Below, piece by piece: positions 26,836 to 35,693 of a stretch of 45,307 nucleotides of DNA. Both the position numbers and the translations under genes were made by a program. The notes below the pieces were generated by a model. It made no database searches. It saw nothing but the letters and a program-made list of their open reading frames with translations, and was not told the origin of the DNA. Location of the stretch: the IMG/VR virus record IMGVR_UViG_3300036784_000063, positions 1-45,307 of that record; one strand, written 5' to 3'. This DNA is from a virus. Taxonomy: Duplodnaviria > Caudoviricetes. Position 1 is the stretch's first letter; every line of letters starts with the position of its first letter.

Positions 26836-27041
26836 GCGTCCCCCTCGTACTTCGTGTTCCCGCCTTGGTCCTTTAGTACCTCAGTACCAAGGTGCGTAAG
26901 TGCCACGCCTACCGCACGTGACGGCATGATGCCGGCGTCGGCGAGGAGCAAGCCGATCCGCTCGCACAACGCCCGCACCTCTGGCGACGTGAGCTCGGCG
27001 GGATCGAGCGAGTAAACCTCGGGTTTCGGCTCGTCGCTCAC
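26832..27041 (-). CDS. Hypothetical protein
   Basis: Coupled to the RHH gene. Contains degenerate GGTAC units. Confidence 0.5.
   Translation of the reverse strand: MSDEPKPEVYSLDPAELTSPEVRALCERIGLLLADAGIMPSRAVGVALTHLGTEVLKDQGGNTKYEGDA
26865..26904. repeat. Degenerate 8-bp array TTGGTCCT-TTAGTACC-TCAGTACC-AAGGTGCG-TAAGTGCC
   Basis: Read directly, downstream of the par operon. Confidence 0.55.
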
Positions 27042-27295
27042 TTGAGAGGATCCCGCGCGAACGCCGCCGCGAGCACTTCCTCGATCAGCGCCGAGTACGG
27101 CTTGCGAGCTCGCGCGGCGCGCAACAGCACCTCGTCGCCGAGCGCGAGCGGCAAGTACACCGAGAGGCGACGTTGCTCGACGCCGGTGCGCGACACGTGC
27201 GTGCCCCTCCCCTCGGGCCGCTCGAGAGCCGCTCGAGGCTTGCCGTGCTCGCGCGCGAGCTCGTCGAACGCCTGATCATCCGCTCGGCTTCGCAC
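27038..27295 (-). CDS. RHH centromere-binding protein (ParG/omega-like)
   Basis: Disordered N-terminus, then RRLSVYLPLALGDEVLLRAARARKPYSALIEEVL. Directly after parA. Start uncertain. Confidence 0.75.
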   Translation of the reverse strand: MRSRADDQAFDELAREHGKPRAALERPEGRGTHVSRTGVEQRRLSVYLPLALGDEVLLRAARARKPYSALIEEVLAAAFARDPLK

Positions 27296-27971
27296 GCTTG
27301 CTCGGGGCTTTGAGGCCGAGCCGCTTTTCGACTTCGTGCCCGAGCGCGGCTGTTTCTTCGCTTGCTTTGGTGTTGTGGCGGTAGGTCGTCGGCCCGAGGC
27401 CGCCCGTTGTGCTTTCGGCATAGTCGATCCTGTATGAGAGCTCGGTCTTGAGTACGTCACACTTCAACGCGCGGAGCTCGGCCGCGGCGTTCGCGCCGAG
27501 AACGGTCCCCACTTGCTTTCGCGTCACCACGATCGCGGCGTCGAGGTTCGGGCGTAGCCGCTGCGCGGCCCGCACTTGCTCGACGACACGTCGCATGCGC
27601 CAGATCTCGAAGCCGCTCGGCCCGCACGGCATGAGTACGAGGTCGGTTTCCGAGAGCGCGTACACCGTCCGCGGGTGAACGGCGCCGGGGGTGTCGACGA
27701 GCACGATATCGAACGCCTCGGCGAACGCGCGGAGCTTGCTCGCGATCACCCGCTTGTCGGGCACGCCCTCGAGCGCGACGACGGTTGGCGACGAACCCCC
27801 GTGCTCGCGCGCAACCTCGGCCCATTCGAGCGCGGAGCCGTCGCGGTCGTCGTGATCGCCGTCGAGCACGAGCACCCGGAACCCGCGCGAGTGCCAGTAC
27901 ACGGCGAGGCACACCGCGAGAGTCGTTTTCCCCACGCCGCCTTTCTTACCCACGAGAGCGATAACCGGCAT
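27276..27971 (-). CDS. parA: Type Ib ParA/ParF partition ATPase
   Basis: Deviant Walker A KGGVGKTT, VLVLDGD, DIVLVDTPG, DLVLMPCGPS. No N-terminal HTH. Confidence 0.92.
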   Translation of the reverse strand: MPVIALVGKKGGVGKTTLAVCLAVYWHSRGFRVLVLDGDHDDRDGSALEWAEVAREHGGSSPTVVALEGVPDKRVIASKLRAFAEAFDIVLVDTPGAVHPRTVYALSETDLVLMPCGPSGFEIWRMRRVVEQVRAAQRLRPNLDAAIVVTRKQVGTVLGANAAAELRALKCDVLKTELSYRIDYAESTTGGLGPTTYRHNTKASEETAALGHEVEKRLGLKAPSKRAKPSG

Positions 27972-27993
27972 GTGTGCCGTCGTATCTCGTCCG

Positions 27994-28054
27994 CGCCAAA
28001 GTAGCAAGGCGGGTTGTCGGGTTGGTACCTTGGCGCTTTGGTACTTTGTCGGGT
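27994..28054. repeat. Centromere/operator array upstream of parA
   Basis: TTGTCGGG-TTGGTACC-TTGGCGCT-TTGGTACT-TTGTCGGG (28014-28053) plus inverted units CGCCAAAGTAGCAAG. Confidence 0.75.
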
Positions 28055-28273
28055 AGTGTTCGGGCGTACCGAGGCCGCCCGCGACCAGTCCCCCCGGTAG
28101 ACTCGCACCGCGTCAGATCCCCCCGACGCACACATAGCGCAGTTGCACGCGGCGGCCTCGGTGCGATTCTCATCGCGCGCGCGCCAGGCGCGACCCTACA
28201 ATAGTGGAAAGCGAAACGGCCGAGCGATCTCACCCGCCCGGCCGTCTCTCACCCGAGCAATAGGAGGCACCCT

Positions 28274-28573
28274 ATGTCGAGCTGCACAAAGTCTAACACC
28301 GTTTCTGGGCACTCTGGCGAGATCCGCGTGATCGCGCTGCTCCTCGCACGCGTCGCCCGCGCAATCCGCGGCGAGCGTTTCGTGCATGCCGTCGAGCTGA
28401 TCAACCGCACGATCAACGTGATCGAGACGTTGCCGGCGAGCGACGAGCAAGCGCGCGCGATCAAGCTCGTCGAGCTGCTCGCCGGCCGTGGTTTCGACGC
28501 ACAGCTCGAGGCCGAGAGCCGCGTGTTTCACCTGCGTTTGCGCCAAGCCGCAACGCTGAGGCTCGTCAAGTGA
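28274..28573 (+). CDS. Hypothetical protein, first gene of the accessory operon
   Basis: AGGAGG RBS and a TACAAT -10-like box at 28197-28202. Confidence 0.65.
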   Translation: MSSCTKSNTVSGHSGEIRVIALLLARVARAIRGERFVHAVELINRTINVIETLPASDEQARAIKLVELLAGRGFDAQLEAESRVFHLRLRQAATLRLVK

Positions 28574-28773
28574 TCCGGTACGTCGTCGAAAGCCGCGACA
28601 CGGCCTCGGCGCTCCCGCTCGCCCGCGAGTGGACCGTCGAGACGATCGTCACCGCGCCCGAGCTCGGGTACCGTTCGCGCGTCGACGCGGACAAAGCGAT
28701 CGCCGAGGCACGTAGCCTCGGTGGCTCATGGGCGCGCGCCGAGTACCGGGTGCGCCAGGCGGGAGGGTTCTGA
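28570..28773 (+). CDS. Hypothetical protein
   Basis: Coupled. Confidence 0.55.
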   Translation: MIRYVVESRDTASALPLAREWTVETIVTAPELGYRSRVDADKAIAEARSLGGSWARAEYRVRQAGGF

Positions 28774-28775
28774 TC

Positions 28776-28946
28776 ATGAAACGGACTGCAATCACGGCCG
28801 CGCTGATCGTCGCGGCGTACACGGCCGGCACCATGGCGCCTCGAGCTCAGGCCGCCGACTCGCTGTCGAGCGTCGTCGAGGAGCTCAAAGGGATCCGTCG
28901 GGCGCTCGAGTCGATCCAACGCCGGTACGAGGACAAGGCCCGGTGA
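28776..28946 (+). CDS. Small secreted protein
   Basis: MKRTAITAALIVAAYTAGTMAPRAQA signal peptide with an AxA site, GGGAGG RBS. Confidence 0.6.
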   Translation: MKRTAITAALIVAAYTAGTMAPRAQAADSLSSVVEELKGIRRALESIQRRYEDKAR

Positions 28947-29224
28947 GCGACGACGCCGATCCGGCCCTGTGGGCCTACTACGAGGGGATCAACTTCGGCC
29001 GCCGACTCGCCAGCGGCGAGGCCACGGTCGCCGATCTCGCCGCGTCGGCGCGGATTGCACAGCACCCGCCGACGGATCGCGCGCGGTTCGCCGAGTGGCG
29101 CGCGGTGCACGCGGTGCTCGTGTTCGTCGGCCGGTGCGGCCCGCGGCTCGATCGTCGGCCGCTGCGCGGGCACCGCATCGAGGTGTACGTCGACGAGGCG
29201 AGCTCGTTCGACAAGGAAGGGTGA
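28943..29224 (+). CDS. Hypothetical protein
   Basis: Coupled. Confidence 0.5.
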   Translation: MSDDADPALWAYYEGINFGRRLASGEATVADLAASARIAQHPPTDRARFAEWRAVHAVLVFVGRCGPRLDRRPLRGHRIEVYVDEASSFDKEG

Positions 29225-29226
29225 GT

Positions 29227-29535
29227 ATGTCCACGTTCATTCTCAACGGCCGCGAAAAGCGCGCGCTCGATCTCATGTTCGACACGGCCGAGGGCTTCAG
29301 CGGCGGCTCGATTCGCGCGCGCACGCTGCTCTGCGCGTGGTGGAACGGCGCCGAGCTCGGCGGGTTCGACTTCGCCGACCTCTGGTCGTTCGACGACGAG
29401 CGGCGCGACGCGGCCGTCACGGCGATCACGCTGATCGCCGGCCTCCCGCAAGGAACGTACGCGGACAAGTGGCCCGAGTACGCCGACCGAATGAAGGCGC
29501 TCGCTCTGCGCCGCGCTTCGGAGCTCGGCAAGTGA
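29227..29535 (+). CDS. Hypothetical protein (WWN...GGFD..DLW type)
   Basis: LLCAWWNGAELGGFDFADLWSFD, a motif I recall from plasmid and phage proteins. Confidence 0.65.
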   Translation: MSTFILNGREKRALDLMFDTAEGFSGGSIRARTLLCAWWNGAELGGFDFADLWSFDDERRDAAVTAITLIAGLPQGTYADKWPEYADRMKALALRRASELGK

Positions 29536-29777
29536 ACCGCCGCAAGGCCCGGCCGGCGCCGCCACCGCCACCGCCCGAGCCGTTGTGCGCGCTCGACGGG
29601 TACTCACTGCGCAGGCTAGCGGCCGAGATGCGCGACGAGGCCGGCCGCTGTCGCTTCCGCACGCGCAGCATGGGGCACCGTCGCGGCGTCGACGCGCTGC
29701 ACGCCGCGGCCGACAAGCTCGACGAGGCCGCCGAGATCCTCTCGCGCACCGTCGACGAGTGCGGGGTGAACCCGTGA
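29532..29777 (+). CDS. Hypothetical protein
   Basis: Coupled. Confidence 0.5.
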   Translation: MNRRKARPAPPPPPPEPLCALDGYSLRRLAAEMRDEAGRCRFRTRSMGHRRGVDALHAAADKLDEAAEILSRTVDECGVNP

Positions 29778-30028
29778 TCCGCGTCGCCGTGTACGGGGTT
29801 CCGTTGCCGATGCCCGGCATGCCTTACGCGCTCGTCGCTGCGCGCTTGCTGCACGACGACGGCCGCAATCACCTCGCGATCGTCGAGCTCGACACCCGGA
29901 CGTGGGAGATCGTTCGGGTGGGGCCGGAGACGCTCACCGACGAGGAGCGCGCCGCCGTCGACCGTAACCTCGAGCTCCTCGGCCGAGCCGCTCGCGGCGA
30001 GTTCCTGCACCTCGTCGAGGGCACGTGA
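29774..30028 (+). CDS. Hypothetical protein
   Basis: Coupled. Confidence 0.5.
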   Translation: MIRVAVYGVPLPMPGMPYALVAARLLHDDGRNHLAIVELDTRTWEIVRVGPETLTDEERAAVDRNLELLGRAARGEFLHLVEGT

Positions 30029-30264
30029 GCACGCGGTCTCTCGCGAACCTCGCCGAAGCGCTTCGCGATCTGCGACAGCGCGCCGGCTTGACGCAAGTGC
30101 AGCTCGCGGAGCTGTGCGAGACGTCGCAAGCGCAGATCGCACGGCTCGAGAGCGGCCGTTCGTCGCCGACATGGGCAACGATCGAACGAATCGCGAGCGT
30201 TGCGGGCTGCTCGGTGACCGTCGTGTTCGAGTCGGAACCCCCTCACCGACGGCGGCGCAAGTGA
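30025..30264 (+). CDS. XRE-family HTH regulator
   Basis: LRDLRQRAGLTQVQLAELCETSQAQIARLESG...PTWATIERIA. Confidence 0.9.
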   Translation: MSTRSLANLAEALRDLRQRAGLTQVQLAELCETSQAQIARLESGRSSPTWATIERIASVAGCSVTVVFESEPPHRRRRK

Positions 30265-30533
30265 CGGAGCGGCTGTTTGTGATGATCGCCATCTGCGCGG
30301 TGTGGCTGATCGCGCAAGCCTCTGGCGGGTGCGCGGCCGACAAGGTCACGGCGACGCGCGCGCTCGAGGCGATGGGGCTTCGAGAGGTCCGCCTCGGCGG
30401 GTACCCGTGGTTCGAGTGCGCGAAGAACGACGTATTTAACAGCGCCTTCGAGGCACGCTCGGCTACTGGCGGCGAGGTGCGCGGCGCGGTCTGTTGCGGC
30501 GTCCTCAAAGGCTGCACCGTGCGGTTTCGCTAG
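30261..30533 (+). CDS. Cys-rich exported/lipoprotein-like phage protein
   Basis: Hydrophobic leader then GGC, and GYPWFECAKND...GAVCCGVLKGCTVRF. Confidence 0.65.
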   Translation: MTERLFVMIAICAVWLIAQASGGCAADKVTATRALEAMGLREVRLGGYPWFECAKNDVFNSAFEARSATGGEVRGAVCCGVLKGCTVRFR

Positions 30534-31315
30534 AACAGCTCGCCGTCGCCGTTCATCTCGATCTGAGCCGGCACCTCGGTCGTGCCGGCCGCGGCCTCGG
30601 TGAAGTTTGGGGCGGCGTTGAACGCGAGCTGTTGCTGTGCGGCCTCGGCCTCTTTCTTGGCTCTGTACTTCCGATAGTCCTCGTCCTGAAACAACCGGCA
30701 CTCGTCGACGTAGTCGAGCATCCGTTGCAGCGAGGTACGCGGGTTGATCTTGCCGCTGCGCACGAGCGCGGCGACGAGGCGGCCGGTTGCGCGAACGTCG
30801 GTGAGGGCGTTGTGCATGTCTTCCTCTGACAGCTGCTCGCCGTACCGCTTGCACACGTTGATCAGCTTGTGCCGCCCGGTGCCTCGAGCGTACTTGTCGA
30901 TCTTGCGGAGCATGACGAGAGCGCAGATCCAGCGCTGGCCAGGATCGAACAGCGGGCACTCGTTGCCGCTGATGTACCGCTGAAAGATGCGGCGATCGTA
31001 CTCGCTGTTATACGCCATGGGCGCAGCGTCCCCGGCGAGCTCGAGGAGCTGTGGCGAGAGCTCGGGAAGCGTTGGCGCGTCGCGCACCATGTCGTCGGTG
31101 ACCTTGTGGATCTCGGTGGCACCGGGCGGGATAGGGCGGCCGGGGTTGATCAGCGAGTAGAAGTGCCGAAGCTCGACGCCCTCTTTGTACACGGCCGCGG
31201 CAACGGACACGGGCGCGCACTCGAACGGATCAACGCCCGTCGTCTCGAAGTCGAGGATCACAATCGGGAGCGACCACCACGGCCGCGTGTGATCGATTGG
31301 CTGCACGGTGATCAT
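30530..31315 (-). CDS. DEDDh 3'-5' exonuclease (DnaQ-like)
   Basis: ILDFETTG, AYNSEYD and HNALTD motifs. Confidence 0.9.
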   Translation of the reverse strand: MITVQPIDHTRPWWSLPIVILDFETTGVDPFECAPVSVAAAVYKEGVELRHFYSLINPGRPIPPGATEIHKVTDDMVRDAPTLPELSPQLLELAGDAAPMAYNSEYDRRIFQRYISGNECPLFDPGQRWICALVMLRKIDKYARGTGRHKLINVCKRYGEQLSEEDMHNALTDVRATGRLVAALVRSGKINPRTSLQRMLDYVDECRLFQDEDYRKYRAKKEAEAAQQQLAFNAAPNFTEAAAGTTEVPAQIEMNGDGELF

Positions 31316-31536
31316 GGTGGCGGCCCCTTCTCGCGCGCGTACGCCTTCTCGAGCTCGTCGCACTCGGCGCGTAGCTCTGCCTTCAACCGCTCGAGTGCGT
31401 CTTGCCACGTCGCGAGCAACGCGGGCACGTCGTCGAGCTCTTTCAACACGTGACACGGGTCGGCGAGGCCGGGCGACGCGAGCGCGTACGCGATCGACGT
31501 GAGCCGCTCGGACGACTTGATTAGCGGCGTCGTCAT
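31312..31536 (-). CDS. Hypothetical protein
   Basis: Coupled. Confidence 0.5.
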   Translation of the reverse strand: MTTPLIKSSERLTSIAYALASPGLADPCHVLKELDDVPALLATWQDALERLKAELRAECDELEKAYAREKGPPP

Positions 31537-31622
31537 TGGCCGTACGCTCGCCACAACAGCCAAGCGATCGCGGCCCACACGACGAGCGAGACGGCCGCCG
31601 CTGCAACGAACGCACGGAGCAT
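31533..31622 (-). CDS. 29-aa single-TM peptide
   Basis: MLRAFVAAAAVSLVVWAAIAWLLWRAYGQ. Start and stop both overlap the neighbouring genes. Confidence 0.55.
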   Translation of the reverse strand: MLRAFVAAAAVSLVVWAAIAWLLWRAYGQ

Positions 31623-31915
31623 CACGCGTTCGTCTCCCGCGAGCTACCCAAGTCGATCACCATGGCGTCGACGGGAGGGTGCGCGACGATGCCCGGTGCG
31701 AGCTCGCTCTCGAGCGGCGAACGATCGAACGCGTCGACGTGCTGCAATGTGTCGATCAGCGCGTGAAGGTCCCCAATGCTGACACCTTCCTCGCGGAGCG
31801 AGATGATCGCCGCCATGGCGTAGTGTTGCGACGACACGCCGAGCGTGTTCCCGCACCCGCGCAGCACGCGAACGAGCTCGACGCAGTGCGCACACATCTT
31901 GATTCGTTGGTTCAT
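31622..31915 (-). CDS. Hypothetical protein
   Basis: Coupled. Confidence 0.5.
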   Translation of the reverse strand: MNQRIKMCAHCVELVRVLRGCGNTLGVSSQHYAMAAIISLREEGVSIGDLHALIDTLQHVDAFDRSPLESELAPGIVAHPPVDAMVIDLGSSRETNA

Positions 31916-32379
31916 TGCTGAGGCCCCTTCTCGTTGCTCGCTGGTTTCTTGTTGGGCGCGTAGAGAGTCACCTCTTGCGCGGCTTTTTTCGGCAGTTTCA
32001 ACATGAACGTGATGTTTTGCTGTATGTCGGGTGAGCCGAAGACCCGCACCGCGGGCTCGCCCTTGAACTTCACGCGGTGCAGCACGATCCGCTTCCCGAC
32101 CCAATGCTCGGGCACGTCGCCGAACATCTGTTTCAGGCACAGGCCGTTCGTCTTGTTGAGTGCGAGTTTGAGCTCGACCTCGCGGAACGAGAGGACGCCC
32201 TTAGTCTTCTCGCCGCCCGTCTTGTCGTCGGGGAGGCGCATCAACTGAACGTCGGTGATCGTGACGATCGGCTTGTTGCCCTCGGGGATCGAGGTGCCGC
32301 GCATGAAGGTCCCCGGATACATATCGTCCCACGTCGACGGGCGGCCGAGGACGGGCGGGCCGTCGTTCCGTTCAGTCAT
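31912..32379 (-). CDS. Putative ssDNA-binding/annealing partner of the exonuclease
   Basis: LALNKTN...MFG....WVGKRIVL...AVRV, directly after the RecE-like gene. Confidence 0.55.
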   Translation of the reverse strand: MTERNDGPPVLGRPSTWDDMYPGTFMRGTSIPEGNKPIVTITDVQLMRLPDDKTGGEKTKGVLSFREVELKLALNKTNGLCLKQMFGDVPEHWVGKRIVLHRVKFKGEPAVRVFGSPDIQQNITFMLKLPKKAAQEVTLYAPNKKPASNEKGPQQ

Positions 32380-33295
32380 AGTCGTGCGCCTCCGCGCGGC
32401 CGGCGAGCGTGCCGAAGAAGTCGGTTTCGTCGTCGTCGTCGAGGCCGCGGCGCCAGAACGGAAGTGTCAGCACCTTCTCGCCGTCGGCGCCCTGGCCTGG
32501 CCACTCGCCCGCGTTGCGGCACTTCGCGTAGAGATCGAGGTACTCGCGCGCGAGCTCTTTCCCTCGGTCGACCACTTCGGCGAGGTCGTACACGACGACG
32601 TCGTGCGGCTCGGCGTTCTCAACCGCGATCGCTTTCGGGTAGAGCGTGCGCCCGGTGATCGCCTCGTGCCCCATGATGTACCAGGCCGTTTGCACGTCAT
32701 ATTGCAGCTTCGCGAAGTTGCTCGCGAACGCGCGCGGCGACACGTCGGCCGCCGTCTTGAGCTCGACGAGCACGTCACGCACCGATTGCGAGATCCAGTC
32801 GAGGCGCGCTTTGCAGAGCAGCCCGGTCCGCTCGTCGCGCCACACGAGGATCCGCTCGGCTTGCCCCATGTCGAGGTATCGCCGCGCGTCTCGGTTCGAG
32901 AACACGGCTTTGCGCACGCGCAACGCCGAGTCGAGCTCGGGCTGTTTGATAATGTGGTGGCCGAGCGCGGTGTGATACTCGCGGAAGGTATCCCAAACCT
33001 TCCCGTTCATGACGTCGGTGTTCGACACCCCGGTTTTGCCGTCGGGCAACGTGACGGTGATGCCCGCTTTGTAGATCGCGAAATCGCTCTCGAGTCTGTC
33101 GGGCTCGAGGATCGCGGTGTGCGCCGTGGTGCCGAGGCGCATGCTCGTCGTCGGCTTCGCGTTGCCGCTCGCGCGGTACTTCATGTGCAGCGGGCTCTTA
33201 CCGATGTGCTTCAGGACCGACTGATTCACGGCGACGATCGACGTGTAGTCGGGAATCTGCTCGCGGGTGTAGATGCCGGGTGCGGGCGCGTTCAT
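32372..33295 (-). CDS. PD-(D/E)XK exonuclease (ExoVIII/RecE C-terminal, DUF3799-like)
   Basis: SP.H, GT.AH.AILEP, CKARLD, VELKT and Y..Q.AWY motifs. Confidence 0.88.
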   Translation of the reverse strand: MNAPAPGIYTREQIPDYTSIVAVNQSVLKHIGKSPLHMKYRASGNAKPTTSMRLGTTAHTAILEPDRLESDFAIYKAGITVTLPDGKTGVSNTDVMNGKVWDTFREYHTALGHHIIKQPELDSALRVRKAVFSNRDARRYLDMGQAERILVWRDERTGLLCKARLDWISQSVRDVLVELKTAADVSPRAFASNFAKLQYDVQTAWYIMGHEAITGRTLYPKAIAVENAEPHDVVVYDLAEVVDRGKELAREYLDLYAKCRNAGEWPGQGADGEKVLTLPFWRRGLDDDDETDFFGTLAGRAEAHDYD

Positions 33296-33678
33296 GGTGC
33301 GAGCTCCTCGCCGCGCTCGTTGCGCAAGATGTACCGGAACACCACCACGCGGCCGAGCTCGTGCGCGCGCTGGATCCCCTTCTGCATTCCGCGCGAGATG
33401 CCGAAGTCGGCGTACACCGCGGACATGCTCGCGATCAGGCCCCACGTAAGGCCCGCCTCGATCCCGAGCTCGCGTTGCTCGGGCACGTCGTCGTCGAGCA
33501 CGCCGGGTTGCGTGTAGATCAGGTGAGAGCACCACGGGTACTCGCCGCGCATGAACGAGTCGTGCAGCGCGCGACGTGCGTAGTGCAGATTTCGCTGTAC
33601 GTACTGCAAGCGCTCCGCGGGGTGCGTGCCGTCCGGCGCCGCGTACGGCGACTCGACGAGGACAAGAGGCGGGCTCAT
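33292..33678 (-). CDS. DUF4406/deoxyribosyltransferase-like phage protein
   Basis: LVESPYA...SHLIYTQ..LDD...R.LGI...YADFGISRGM motifs. Confidence 0.7.
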   Translation of the reverse strand: MSPPLVLVESPYAAPDGTHPAERLQYVQRNLHYARRALHDSFMRGEYPWCSHLIYTQPGVLDDDVPEQRELGIEAGLTWGLIASMSAVYADFGISRGMQKGIQRAHELGRVVVFRYILRNERGEELAP

Positions 33679-33917
33679 GGCCGCACCTCGAACAGCGCGC
33701 GTTGCGCCTCGGCGTGTGCCTCGACGGCGTCGCGCAACGTCTCTCGGTGATCGCCGGGGATGTTGATCGGGTAGGGGAGGTCGTTGACGAACACGCACGT
33801 GCGCGGCTTGAACTCGCGGTTTCCGTCGATCGGCGGGGCCTCGAACATCCACGCGCGCAGCGAGTGCACGACGAACACCACGTTACCCGCGGCGACGGTT
33901 TGAACCCCGCCGCTCAC
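33675..33917 (-). CDS. Hypothetical protein
   Basis: Coupled. Confidence 0.5.
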   Translation of the reverse strand: MSGGVQTVAAGNVVFVVHSLRAWMFEAPPIDGNREFKPRTCVFVNDLPYPINIPGDHRETLRDAVEAHAEAQRALFEVRP

Positions 33918-34657
33918 GACTCGCCCCCGAGATCGTGCGTGTGCTCGGGCGCGTCGGCGTTGCTGTTGTCGGGCGGGTTCTGAAAGCCGATTTGCAGCTC
34001 GATCGACTCGATCGCGCCCGGCTTCATGCGCACGATGCGGTTCGCGCGCTGCAACCGCACCTCGGGCACCTCGCGCACGAACGAGCCGACGCCGGGGATC
34101 TCGTCGTTCGCGACGCGCACTTGCCAGCGGCCATCCTTTGTCAGCCCGCAGAGCGTGCCGATCACCGAGCCGTGCTGCGCGTCGATGAACTGCACGCGCT
34201 CGTTGTAACTGAACGTCGAGGCCGGCACGTACTCGAGCTGTTGACGCGCGTACGTGAGCACGTCCTCGCCGAACGTGATCAGCGCGGCGAGCTCGGCGCG
34301 CGACACGGTGTCGGGCGTGCTGCTCGCGTACTTCTCGCCCGCGCACTTGTAGCGGCCGGCTTCGGCGAGCTCGGCGAGTTGCTCGAACGACGCGGCGAGT
34401 GCGCGTTGCGCGAGCTTGTGAACCTGAACTGTCATGGCGTGTGCCTCCCCCGTTGCGTACTCGTGCGGCTCGAGGATCGAGCCGAGGAGCTGTCGACGCA
34501 GGGGATCGAAACCGCCGCGCACGTGCGCTTCACGCGCTACGGCCCGCGTTTCGTCGCGCGCACGCTCTCGAGTACAGGCGCCGCACGAGCACGAGTCGTC
34601 GTCGTGTTCGTGTGCCGTGCGCCTATCCGAATCGCGCTCGTATGCATCCCGCGTCAC
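33914..34657 (-). CDS. Hypothetical early protein (alternative start at 34435 with GGAGG RBS)
   Basis: First ORF after the left operator. Confidence 0.55.
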   Translation of the reverse strand: MTRDAYERDSDRRTAHEHDDDSCSCGACTRERARDETRAVAREAHVRGGFDPLRRQLLGSILEPHEYATGEAHAMTVQVHKLAQRALAASFEQLAELAEAGRYKCAGEKYASSTPDTVSRAELAALITFGEDVLTYARQQLEYVPASTFSYNERVQFIDAQHGSVIGTLCGLTKDGRWQVRVANDEIPGVGSFVREVPEVRLQRANRIVRMKPGAIESIELQIGFQNPPDNSNADAPEHTHDLGGES

Positions 34658-34660
34658 AAC

Positions 34661-34695
34661 GCGACGTCATATCGCGACGGTATATCGTGACGCAA
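34661..34695 (-). promoter_or_regulatory. Left operator/promoter (OL-like)
   Basis: Inverted copy of 35694-35728, 31/35 identical. Confidence 0.8.
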
Positions 34696-34758
34696 GGTTT
34701 TCTGTATGCCGTCGGCGATCTTGAAATCGCGTGCAATCGGGCAGGGCTTGCCGAGGCT

Positions 34759-34983
34759 CTAGCGGTGTGCAGTGGCCAAACACTCGCACGAATAGGCGGA
34801 TCTCGTGATTCGGGCGGGTAGCTCGACGTACTCGGCCGCGAGCTCGAGGATCGCCTCGTCGGTTGCCAGCGGCCCCACGCTTAGCAACATGCCGTTCCTC
34901 GAGACGCCCCCGTATGGTACCGGGCGAATGAAGAACCCGGCCGCGCGAGCAACCTCGAGAGCGGTGTACTCAACCTGATCCAT
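34759..34983 (-). CDS. Small immunity-region protein
   Basis: Directly downstream of the repressor, G-rich RBS. Confidence 0.5.
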   Translation of the reverse strand: MDQVEYTALEVARAAGFFIRPVPYGGVSRNGMLLSVGPLATDEAILELAAEYVELPARITRSAYSCECLATAHR

Positions 34984-35035
34984 GAACCCCCCTCGCGTCC
35001 GCGCGACCCCCCGCGCTGACTAATGGAGGTTCGTT

Positions 35036-35590
35036 TTACGGCCTACGGCGTTTGGTAGACAACATCGAACGGGCCTGATCGGGCTGTTTCTTTCGGGGCC
35101 GTAGTGGTGGCTTGTGCGCGAGACTCTCATCTAGACGCGCATTGACGACCGCTGTCGGCACGATCTCGTCATCCCTGATTAGGCTGCGCAGTGCGTACGC
35201 CACACTCTCAAAAAAGGCTACCGTCGGGAGGATCCGGTCTGACTCAAAAGTGATCGTCCGAAGCACTTGGTACGCCTCGGGATCGAGATCACGGATCACT
35301 TGAGAGTTGCGCCGCGCCTTTTCGAGTGTTCGTTCGACTCTCAATCGACGCTCTAAGTCGAGGTCTGGCGATTGGAATATGTCGCGGGAAACCCCGAGTG
35401 TACGGGCGGCGTTCGTTTGGTTCTTCTCGTTGAATTCCTTGTCTTTAGTCCAACGATGAACGTTTCGATATTCGCAGCTCACCTTGCAGTGTTCGGCCAG
35501 CTTCGCCGCGAAGTCTGTTTTGCCCCACCCGCGCTCGGCGAGAAGGCGTGAGAGCACCTGACCGGGCGTCTCGCTCTGCTGTGAGTTCAT
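35036..35590 (-). CDS. Repressor (CI-like XRE HTH, no S24 domain)
   Basis: LSRLLAERGWGKTDFAAKL...VHRW...AARTLGVS. Divergent from Cro and lower in GC. Confidence 0.75.
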   Translation of the reverse strand: MNSQQSETPGQVLSRLLAERGWGKTDFAAKLAEHCKVSCEYRNVHRWTKDKEFNEKNQTNAARTLGVSRDIFQSPDLDLERRLRVERTLEKARRNSQVIRDLDPEAYQVLRTITFESDRILPTVAFFESVAYALRSLIRDDEIVPTAVVNARLDESLAHKPPLRPRKKQPDQARSMLSTKRRRP

Positions 35591-35693
35591 AGGTTCGGCG
35601 CGAGAGTGCACTAGCGACTGTTTGTCAGCAAGTTGCGTTGCCGTGAGCTATGGCGCGCAAACGGCACTTTTTCGGAAAATGTTGTGCGCGTTG

